Positions 41,001 through 51,185 of a stretch of DNA of 64,000 bases are shown here, in pieces. Both the position numbers and the translations under genes were made by a program. Source of the stretch: Macrostomum lignano (lineage: Eukaryota); assembly GCA_002269645.1 (NCBI GenBank), contig NIVC01002758.1, positions 78,768 through 142,767 on the forward strand. Direction: 5' to 3'. Positions within the stretch are counted from its first letter, which is position 1. Each line of letters starts with the position of its first letter. Under the pieces are notes generated by a model. The model saw only the letters and a program-made list of their open reading frames with translations. It was not told the DNA's origin and made no database searches.

Positions 41001-42481
41001 TAATTTAAATTTTTAGTTTAGAATTATGTTTACTCGAGCTATTTTGCAGCACACGATACTAAATGGTGTGAGTTTAAATTAATGACGTTAAATTTGCAGA
41101 ATTACTAGATCGCCTGGGCAAAAAAACGCTCGTAGTTAGAAGTTTACTTAAAGGTTTGCAATTTCCAAGTAAATATGCAGTTCTGAATAAGTAATCAATT
41201 TAAAATAGCATTCGCAGTATGCAGCAGCAAATTAATTTAGTTCTTTCGACTGATTTTTTTCACAAAGTTATTTATGTGTTAACTTGTCATTTGGGATTTG
41301 CTCTCTCCTGACTTTTTCTAAAATTTTAGTCATATTGCATTTGGTCGCTATAGTCATAGCATCTATGCATGGGGTGTTATAATCAACAGCCATATTATTC
41401 AACATTCATTTTTGTAAAAAAAGTAATAAAACTTCCCTCTCTATAATTTTTGCAACTTTATAATTAACTAGCTGTAGTCACATTAGCAACCTTACTTTAA
41501 AAAGACACTTTTAACATGTTGTTTGAAGCACAGAGCCAATAGGCATGTGCTAAATATAGTGAGCATTCTTGTTTCAGCTATTTTTAAGATAAATTGCTAC
41601 AATTTTTATTGTTTGTTTTTTGTGGATTTTATTATGAAATCATAATTATTTTATGACAATTTTTATGGGGTCCAAACTAGATTGATGTCAATTTTTCAGT
41701 TAATACTTTGCTTAACTTTTTAAATATTTTTATTAAGCTTTAATGAAATGATAATAAGTGATATAGGCTTCTAATCCAAATTGCTCATGGTGATGCTAAA
41801 CAAGTTTTTGGTTTATTTGTCTCCAATCAAGAAGCACTCTATAAACTTATATAATGGAATTTTAATGATGTAGAACATAAAATTTTATTTCCTTTACAGT
41901 TGTAAAGTTCCAATTTTTTATTTTTGGGCTTTAGTTTAGAATTATTCATGAGATCCTAGGCCTATAAAATTAAAGCTTTAACTATTTGTTATTATAGATC
42001 CTTTATAAACTTTAGTGCCTTTGATACTTTATTGCACTTTAAATGGCTTTTGTAGATATAGACAATGTTTTACTTATAGTAATATGTTCCATCTAAAGCA
42101 AACACTGTATTATCATTTCTAAACTATTGCTGAATTATTCTTACTGAGCAGTACAGACTGCATAATGTTTGAATTAGCTAGGGTCAAGTTCATCTTTTTT
42201 AAATATAGAGGGAATTTCAAACAGTTGGGAGAAAGGCGAAATACTATTTTTGAGTAGACATAATATCATTTATACAACTGTGTACATTTACATCGAAATC
42301 TTTCACTTAAAATTTAGTACAAAAAACATCCACATTGACAGCCAAATAATAACCAAGCATTATCAATAACAGACTAGTCCTTTTTAATTTCTTGTGCAAT
42401 ATTGCAAATTTTTTATTTATACAAAATAATTTACTGTTCACTGTTTTAATTCACTGATTCAATTTACTGTTTCAGATTAAC

Positions 42482-45124
42482 ATGGCCTCACGAAATTTCA
42501 ACAGGGAAATTCGGAAGAAACTGCTGGACTTTATTCATGTAGAAGGGGATTCTGAGGCTCATGAATTTAATAGTAGGCCTATGGATGCTGAAAGACAATT
42601 TGGCTCAATCTTGGATGAAGATGAAGGTGTTGAACCAACTGTATATATATCTGAGCAGGAGGATGATGCTGGGGAGGAGGATCACAAGTGAATCGTTCGA
42701 GTTTCGGGCGGATATCTGTGCCGTCACATCGTTTTGGAACAACATCATCCGATGAGACAGCAGATGAAACCGATGTGCATTCTGCTGGGAGCCCATTTGA
42801 AGCGCCGGTTTCTAGGAAGCCTGCACCTGAATCCAGACCTATGCTTCCAGATCCGTTGCTCCTGTTACGCAATCAACAGCACAGCGCGTGTTTGCCGCCA
42901 CATGTTTCGTGCAGTTCTGGCCCATCTGATTTCCAAAATATCATGCACAACGGAGGAGTTGTCCCACAAACCTCCAACAGTGGCGATTCTCTCCTCCGAG
43001 AACTAACTGGAGACCTGCGGGTCACGCCACATTCGTCGGTTTCAAGCGGGAATCATCCGGTTCGGGATCATCAGGGCCGTTTCCATTTGGAGACACAAAC
43101 AATAGTGAGCAAGTGGGAGAAAGACTTCCGTTCCGCTGGATTGGACCTTTACTCCAACAGAGGTAATGCAAATCGAAATCGTGCTGTAGAAACTTCATGA
43201 TAAAGTACTCGTACATGCGTTGTTCTTGTTCCTGCAGGAATAGTGCATCTACTCGCCCACGTGGTGCGCGACATCAAGATGGTTTCAAAGAACCAGTCGA
43301 CCACCTCATCTGACGCCGCTGAGTCTCCGTCACTGGTACATATAGATGATTCACTTGGTGACCTTCCGATGAAAAATGTATCTGAATACCAGAGCTTCTG
43401 TCGGAAGCTACAAGAATCTGGTTTCCGGAACGCTATAGTAAGTCAATTCATGTCTCAATACTTTTATCAAATGTTTATGGGCGCAAAATTGCTTCATATT
43501 TCATGAGTTTAACATCATTTTAAATAAATATCACGAAATATTATGCTGCATGCATGAAAAAGTTCTTTGGTACGGTACAAATAAAAATGACTGATGTTGC
43601 AGGTGACTCAAACGCGCGTCCTTTTACAGATTTCGAAGCTACGACGCCTTGGTGGCAACACTGCTGAAGCCCACACAGCAAGAATAATGGACTTTCTGCT
43701 GTCAAGAAAGTTTCAACAGGCTTTCAATCGGTCTGGTAGGGATTATTCGCAAGCACGAAAAACAAGTGGCAATAAGCTATCATTTGCCAAAACCTTGGAA
43801 CCGATCGTCATTTGTAAGTTAATGTTATGAACTAATGCTCCTGCCAAACCTTTGCTTAGGAATTTATACGTATCATTTCCAAATGTACTTCGTATATTTA
43901 TATTTACCCGTTAATGTACCACTAATGTGCACTACTAATATATTTACAGGGGCGTCACCAACGGGGGGGACAGGGGGGACATGTCCCCTCCAGTAAAATA
44001 TCTGGGGGGGCATGCCAATGCTTTGTCCCCCCACCCCCACCTTGTGGCCCGTTATTAATTTTTGCTGCATGGTGACAAAATAGCACCGGCGGAGCTAAAA
44101 TGAGTGCCTGCAGTGCTAAAATGAGTGTCTGCAGTGCTAAAATGAGTGCCTGCAGTGCTAAAATGAGTGCCTGTGGCGCTAAAATAAGTGTCTGCGGCGC
44201 TAAAATGAGTGCCTGCGGAGCTAAAATGAGTGCCTGCAGTGCTAAAATGAGTGTCTGCAGTGCTAAAATGAGTGCCTGTGGCGCTAAAATGAGTGCCTGT
44301 GGCGCTAAAATAAGTGCCTAAGGCGCTAAAATGAGTGCCTGTGGAGCTAAAATGAGTGCCTGCAGTGCTAAAATGAGTGCCTGCAGTGCTAAAATGAGTG
44401 CCTGTGGCGCTAAAATAAGTGCCTAAGGCGCTAAAATGAGTGCCTGTGGAGCTAAAATGAGTGCCTGCAGTGCTAAAATGAGTGCCTGCAGTGCTAAAAT
44501 GAGTGCCTGTGGCGCTAAAATAAGTGTCTGCGGCGCTAAAATGAGTGCCTGCGGAGCTAAAATGAGTGCCTGCAGTGCTAAAATGAGTGCCTGCAGTGCT
44601 AAAATGAGTGCCTGTGGCGCTAAAATAAGTGCCTAAGGCGCTAAAATGAATGCCTGTGGAGCTAAAATGAGTGCCTGCAGTGCTAAAATGAGTGCCTGCA
44701 GTGCTAAAATGAGTGCCTGTGGCGCTAAAATAAGTGTCTGCGGCGCTAAAATGAGTGCCTGCGGAGCTAAAATGAGTGCCTGCAGTGCTAAAATTAGTGC
44801 TGACAACACCGATTCTGAAAATAATGTACCTGTAGGCATTTCGTCGTGTACATGTGCATATAGAATTCTTGGCTTTGTCCCCCCCACCATAAAATCCATG
44901 GCGACGCCTCTGTCTATTTACCTGTAATTGTATTTCCATGCAGTTAAAACGATGTCACAAAAAGTACTCGCGTGCCTACGTGTAAAATGCAGTGAATTTA
45001 TTTGCTTTCAGTGGCCGTAACCAAGGCGTTTCCGCAAGCTTCTGAGGAGCGAATCACTCAAAAGATTAAGCGAATGCTGAAAGATTCAAAAGTAAGGGCC
45101 ACGTCAAAGCGACATGAGGAGTGA
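42482..45124 (+). CDS. DUF4806-like transposon accessory protein; exons about 42482-43162 (frame disruption near 42688), 43238-43437, 43630-43813, 45012-45124
   Basis: LPMKNVSEYQSFCRKLQESGFRNAI|ISKLRRLGG...IMDFLLSRKFQQAFNRSG...|LAVTKAFPQASEERITQKIKRMLKDS fits the DUF4806 pattern; GT-AG phases are consistent after exon 1. Confidence 0.7.
43947..44912. mobile_element. hAT-type MITE (966 bp) with an internal 21-bp minisatellite
   Basis: TIRs caggggcgtcacca / tggcgacgcctctg (12/14); 8-bp TSD tatattta / tctattta (7/8). Confidence 0.8.
44090..44795. repeat. 21-bp minisatellite inside the hAT MITE (gctaaaatgagtgcctgcagt)
   Basis: Direct. Confidence 0.97.
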
Positions 45125-46013
45125 ATTTAAGAGTGATTAGATGTCTGCATCATGATACGTTTTTAAATACGAACTACTACTCATATATCATATGCTTCTC
45201 AAAGACGCTGGATATCAAAGTCCATTCATCATAAATTTCTTAGTTTTTAGTTTTTCCGACTTTTTGCGCTGTCTTTTCTAATCGTTGTAATTGTTTTGTT
45301 AATTTATATACCAAAGCTTCTCTTTACTGCGCTCGTAGTTTCTTTAAAAATAAACCATATTTCAGCTTTTTGTGTTCCATTTTATGCGGTTATTTTGTTC
45401 TGATTTAATGCCGCGCATTCAAAAGATATACTACATGAAGTCACCCTCGTATTGAATATTTAAATTAAGTTATTTATTTAAAGAATTTTGTTTGTTTTGA
45501 GGCCACATTCAGAGGCGAAAATCAAGGAAGTATCGCGAAATTTAGGCCGAAAAACTCGACTTCGAATCGACGTCGAATCACCGGGACATCATTCGACGTC
45601 GATTCGGCTTAAAATTTTCGAAGTCGATTCGACGTCGATTTTTACACCGGGATCAAATGTGAGTTCGAATTAGACTCATATTAAAATGAATATGACAGTA
45701 AAAAACAGCTAAATTTCTAGATAATACCGGAGTACGCCGGGTGTCGAAAACAGAGCGGAAAATCTGGCCGTCACAAGGTCAGAGCAGCTCTATTGAACAG
45801 CTTTGAGTACAATTTGAGTTGGTTTCACCTTGACCTGGCTGCTTGGCCACGCGCATAAATTCCGGACCATGAAAGACATATACATGTAGCAAACCAGTCA
45901 GCAAAATAGCTGTAAATAAAAAGCTAAAAATAGCGCCTAAAAATTCTCCGAGATAGGCAAGCAGGTGATGATATCAAATTTGATTTCACCGCTTTTATTG
46001 TTCAAGATCATTT

Positions 46014-46410
46014 CGTATGAAACATTCGCCGACACTTATTCAGACACTTCTACAGACACTTTAGTTTCTGTCGTACGAATCGTAGGAACAAGCATTAAAT
46101 TTGTTTATTCCTCACAAACTACTAGTAAACTGCTTTATTTTAAGCTTTTTTTGCTTTATTTTATTAAATATGAATCATGAAATTTGTTATTCTGCATAGA
46201 TTCTCTTCACGTGAAGAAGAATGTTAAATTTGTCCAGGACACTTCCTAATTCATATTTAATAAAATAAAGCAAAAAAGCTTAAAATAAAGCAGTTTACTG
46301 GTAGTTTGTTAGGAATAAACAAATTTAATGCTTGTTCCTACGATTCGTACGACAGAAACTAAAGTGTCTGTAGAAGTGTCTGAATAAGTGTCGGCGAATG
46401 TTTCATACGT
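46014..46410. mobile_element. Foldback MITE with about 160-bp inverted arms (MULE-like)
   Basis: Arms about 46014-46175 and 46250-46409 are near-perfect reverse complements; direct repeat agatcattt at 46005-46013 and 46411-46419. Confidence 0.8.
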
Positions 46411-46968
46411 AGATCATTTGCATCTCTTTATTACCAATTTTAATGTGGGTCTGCGAATTCTGAAACAAAAAGAAAAAAATTTGTTGTTTATTCGATAGTA
46501 ACGTACTGAATGTACTAAAATTAATTGTAGCAATATATTGGTTTATTTGATTCGATTGTCAGTTTATCGTTCGTCAACAGTTGGAAGAACAATTTAATAT
46601 GAGTTTGAGAAGGGATACTGTGCGAGAAATTAATCGAAAAAAAACTACTCACAACAGAGAGACAATAAATTTAAATTTACATATTTACATGCAAAAGTTG
46701 CTGCAGATTATTTTTGCCTTTTTTAATTAAAACATTAAAAACATAAAACAAAGACTCCAGTGCCATGGATGCTTAATGCATACACGCAACAAAGACAACT
46801 AAAAAGTAAGAATGAATAGCAATTAAATAATTCTAAAAAAATGTGACACTTGTGAAACGCTCGCACAACATTTTCTCGCATCATATCTATGAAGTACCTG
46901 CACTTAGCAACTGAGTAGCATCTGCTGGCTGCCTTCATCATGCTGCAAGAGTTCTCTTGTGCTCAAAA

Positions 46969-48549
46969 TTACACTCTCGGTTCCATCACCAGCTGATAGT
47001 TCTTTGGCGACCAGACCAGGCCGTCGGAGCCCTCCATCAGCCTGGCGACATACTCCGGGGTCACGTCGCCCGCCAGACGAAATCGGTAGCGTCGAATGAG
47101 CTCGACAGTCACCAGAGTGATCTGCAGCTCGGCCAGGCGCTCTCCCGGACACGAGCGCGGCCCGACAGAGAACGGGATGACCTCAGCCGGCTTCTTGAAC
47201 TGGCCGCCGGGTCCGGTGAGGAACCTGGCCGGATCGAACTGGTCTGGCGCAGCGCCGAATACTGTCGAACTGCGCAGGGCCTCGCGCAGATTGGGGAAGA
47301 CCCATGCGCCTGCTGGCACCCGGTAGCCTAGCACCACAATGTCCTCCTTGGCGCAGTGATTTATGGCTGTAGGCAGCGGCGGATGAAGTCGCAGCACCTC
47401 GGTGATCAGAGCGCGCAGGCCCGGAGCTTCTTGGCAATCGGCAGCAGTGAGCGCACTGAGCTCCTTGAACAGCTCATCCTGGTAGTCTCCATTCCGATGA
47501 GTTGCCAAGTAGAGGAAGATCCACTTCAGACAGCTCGACGTCGTGTCAGTTGCTCCGATGAGAAGGTCAAAGATGGTCACGGCCAGGCCGCTGTCGCTGT
47601 AGTTCTCCATGCTGGCCAGCTCCGCGCTGTTCACAGCCGTCTCAACGAAGAATGTCGCATCGCCGCAGCCGCTGTTGGAGAGCTGATTAGCCTGACGAAT
47701 CTGGTCCTCGATGAAGCTTAACAACAGTTTGATGCTGCGCTGGGCCGCTCGAGTCTTCTTCACCAGGTAGAAGAGCAAGTTGGGAAATGCCATCAGGTAG
47801 GGCAGCAGGACGGATGTGGCGAAGGAGGAGTAGATATCCTTCTGCACAATGGTTTGCACAGCCTCGAGTCTGCTGGTGAAATTCTGATTGTCGGAGGCGC
47901 GCTGACCGAAAATGATGCGGAACACGATGTTGGCGGTGATGCGGGTGAACAGCTCGCTGGGGACTGGCTCCCCGGGAACCTGTTCCTCCAGGCTCAGCTG
48001 CAGCTCCTCGTGCATCAAGGACTCCAGGTTGCCCCGATGCGAGCGAATCTGCGATATGAACCGGTGCACAAACTGCCGCTGCTTCCTCCAGGCCGGGCCC
48101 TCGCCCAGGGCCAGTCCGTTGCCATTGAACAGCTTCTTGGACCACAGCCCCTGCGGCCGGCCCGACAGCGCCTCGCCGTGCTCCTTCAGCGCGTCAATGG
48201 CTTTCAAACTGTTCAATGAGACCCAGCAGTTGCCGGCTAGTTGGAAGACGAATATTTCGCCGTACAGGCGCGCACCTTCGGGCAGCCAGCGTCGGTACGG
48301 CAGCTGCATGAATGGGTAGGAGCCGACAACTGGCAGACTGGGAGGTCCGGGCAGCTCCCGTCCCGCCGGCCTGTCTGTCGCAGATTCCTCAGCAATCGAT
48401 TTGCGTTTCTGTCGAAGTTTTCGACGCAGTTTGGACGCCGTGCAGCCGGCCGCGGTGAGCAGAATGGTGGAGACGAGCAGAATTTTGAGTAGGGCGATGG
48501 CTGAATCGGCTAATAACAGGTCGTACGGGTGCACGTTGAGCTGGTCCAT
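46969..48549 (-). CDS. Cytochrome P450, CYP2-clan-like, intronless, 526 aa
   Basis: N-terminal membrane anchor, LPGPPSLPVVG hinge, W...R C-helix (WRKQR), I-helix GATDTT, EVLR (ExxR), FDPARF, heme motif FSVGPRSCPGE. Confidence 0.96.
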   Translation of the reverse strand: MDQLNVHPYDLLLADSAIALLKILLVSTILLTAAGCTASKLRRKLRQKRKSIAEESATDRPAGRELPGPPSLPVVGSYPFMQLPYRRWLPEGARLYGEIFVFQLAGNCWVSLNSLKAIDALKEHGEALSGRPQGLWSKKLFNGNGLALGEGPAWRKQRQFVHRFISQIRSHRGNLESLMHEELQLSLEEQVPGEPVPSELFTRITANIVFRIIFGQRASDNQNFTSRLEAVQTIVQKDIYSSFATSVLLPYLMAFPNLLFYLVKKTRAAQRSIKLLLSFIEDQIRQANQLSNSGCGDATFFVETAVNSAELASMENYSDSGLAVTIFDLLIGATDTTSSCLKWIFLYLATHRNGDYQDELFKELSALTAADCQEAPGLRALITEVLRLHPPLPTAINHCAKEDIVVLGYRVPAGAWVFPNLREALRSSTVFGAAPDQFDPARFLTGPGGQFKKPAEVIPFSVGPRSCPGERLAELQITLVTVELIRRYRFRLAGDVTPEYVARLMEGSDGLVWSPKNYQLVMEPRV

Positions 48550-49179
48550 GATTGCTCAAAATTTTGCAAGCTGGGTCGCACTGCAAATTATACGGGCCTT
48601 CCTTCTTGAGCTATGCGCTTAAATAGACAGGCTGGCCTCTGCCCACCTGCTGACCTTCACTGTGCGTATCGGTCGGAGCCACGTGAGCAGATTGCCTAGC
48701 GTTCGCTCGCGGTGAGCAGTAGTGGTCAGTGATTACTGAAATGAAAAAAACACACACATTCTCCCCGGCTACTCACACGACCCTACGCTATTTATCTGCG
48801 TCAGTAAGTGCTGGCGCACCAGTTGCAGAATTGGCTTGGAGCAATGGCTAGTATTTTTAGAAATGAAGAGATAATAAAAAATTCTTTTAAACTCAACTTG
48901 ATTGATTACGAAATGGACAAACTACTGTAGAAATACGGAGGCTCTTTGGGACTCTGAAAGCATGCCTGTAAAAACCCAGGCAGGCCCCTTGAGCACCCTT
49001 GAGAACACAGTTTTTTTCGCCACAATTTCGTGCTAACCCAGCTCAACGGTCCTTCATCCCTATTTTTGAGGAGGAAGTCAAGGCGCGGTCATGCCCATTC
49101 CGCTGACCCTTCAGCACACAATGCGCACGCTCACACAGGGTGTACAACGATCCTGACTTTCTTATTGTCAGGCGGTGTA

Positions 49180-49789
49180 CACTCAGCAACAGTCAAAACC
49201 GCCACCCTACCGAGAGAGGCGACTTCTCTCACACCTCAACTGCAAGTGACGTAACTTGCGCCACGGCGTGGCTAAAGCTGGGTGAGAGTGAATGCAGGAG
49301 AGGGCAATCAGGGGATGCAGGGGATGCCCCATCTCTTTTTTTCATTAGACGGAGCAGGGTGGCTGGCGCGGTCGGAGTTCGCCTAACAATCCGCAGCAGA
49401 CGTCGATTTGCCCTGGCTGTTGAGCCGCGGAGATCATGGCGCTGGCTGCCTATGGCTGCGTGCTGAACACTACCAGTCTCTTGGGACTTCGTTAACAGCG
49501 CTCGAATTGTTGAACGTGATCGGCCAGATTGGCGAGCAACTGCACTGATGGATGCACCAGCATCTAGCATGCCAACAGCGCGCCATCGTTCAGCGTCTGT
49601 CATATGCCTGACTATTGTCACGTGTACTGTTGCACCCCCAACCCCAACCCGTTCCCTTTGTACTCTCACCCTGGAATTCACTCTCACCCAGCTTTAGCCA
49701 CGCCGTGGCGCAAGTTACGTCACTTGCAGTTGAGGTGAGAGAGAAGTCACCTCTCTCGGTAGGGTGGCGGTTTTGACTGTTGCTGAGTA
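49180..49789 (-). mobile_element. Internally deleted Tc1/mariner element (610 bp)
   Basis: 114-bp TIRs (49180-49293, 49676-49789); TA on both flanks; N-terminal transposase HTH remnant MTDAERWRAVGMLDAGASISAVARQSGRSRSTIRALL from 49603 (-). Confidence 0.9.
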
Positions 49790-50354
49790 TACATACGTCT
49801 CTCTGTCCATTGTTAGTCGAACTACATGGGAGCTCGTTGTTTGTATGGACTACTAAGAGCACGATATATCTTATTCTGCAAAACTATTCGTTGATTTCCG
49901 GCCCTAAAACTGCCAAACATTTGAAGTTTGAGTGCTGAAAAATGTCATAGATGCTTTCTTTGCGGAAAAGTTGACTCAACTTTCTTAAAATTATAAATTT
50001 ATACGATTGTGAACTGTGGACGTAAAAATGCTGAACTGACTGTAGGACCAGTGCACTTGAAAGTGACTCAAATTTTCTTAACGAATCGTGGAGCTGCCCC
50101 TGAAGGTGAGTGACAGGTAAGTAATTGATAAAATCTTGCTTACAATCACAGTAATTACAGCACAGAGTACCGAAGAAGCACTTAAAATCAAACTTAAAGT
50201 GGGGCCTGCTTGGCATATGCGCCCGAGTTTGCCAACCAAAGCAACCCCTCACGCATGGGTGCCAACTTTGCACCCGAATCTGTGTCTGATTAAAGTTTAA
50301 TAGCACTCTACTGAGGCACTCGCTGGTTCAGCATTAAGAGAAACTACTTTAATA

Positions 50355-51185
50355 CTAGGATGCTTACTGCAAGACCAAGATGCTTACTGCAAGACCAAGA
50401 TGCTTACTGCAAGACCAAGATGCTTACTGCAAGACCAAGCTGCTTACTGCAAGACCAAGCTGCTTGCTGCAAGACCAAGATGCTTAATTTACTGCAATAC
50501 CAAGTCAAGGATGCTCACAACAAGTCGATGATGCTCACAGCAAGTCAATGATGCTCACATGCTCACAGCAAGTCGATGATGCTCACAGCAAGTCAACGAT
50601 GCTCACAGCAAGTCAACGATGCTCACAGCAAGTCAATGATCCTCACAGCAAGTCAATGATCCTCACAGCAAGTCAATGATGCTCACAGCAAGTCGATGAT
50701 GCTCACAGCAAGTCAACGATGCTCACAGCAAGTCAACGATGCTCACAGCAAGTCAATGATCCTCACAGCAAGTGAATGATGCTCACAGCAAGTCAACGAT
50801 GCTCACAGCAAGTCAACGATGCTCACAGCAAGTCAATGATGCTCACAGCAAGTGAATGATGCTCACAGCAAGTCAATGATGCTCACAGCAAGTCAATGAT
50901 CCTCACAGCAAGTGAATGATGCTCACAGCAAGTCAATGATGCTCACAGCAAGTCAATGATCCTCACAGCAAGTCAACGATGCTCACAGCAAGTGAATGAT
51001 GCTCACAGCAAGTCAATGATGCTCACAGCAAGTCAATGATCCTCACGGCAAGTCAATTATGCTCACAGCAAGTCAATGATGCTCACAGCAAGCCAATGAT
51101 CCTCACAGCAAGTCAATGATGCTCACAGCAAGTCAATGATGCTCACAGCAAGTCAATGATGCTCACAGCAAGTCAATGATGTTTA
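50355..51185. repeat. Two adjacent related 20-bp arrays (atgcttactgcaagaccaag, then gatgctcacagcaagtcaat)
   Basis: Direct. Confidence 0.93.

Larger units (their letters stand above)
40809..45651. mobile_element. CMC/EnSpm-like DNA transposon (non-autonomous), 4843 bp
   Basis: TIRs CCCGGTGTAAAA(T/A)TCGACGTCGA / TCGACGTCGATTTTTACACCGGG; AT on both flanks (possible 2-bp TSD); clusters of TCGA-rich subterminal repeats at both ends. Confidence 0.75.

Noticed and set aside
44055-44939. 294-aa THFSTAG repeat ORF resembling antifreeze or ice-nucleation proteins
   Set aside because: 21-bp array inside a MITE; open in several frames on both strands
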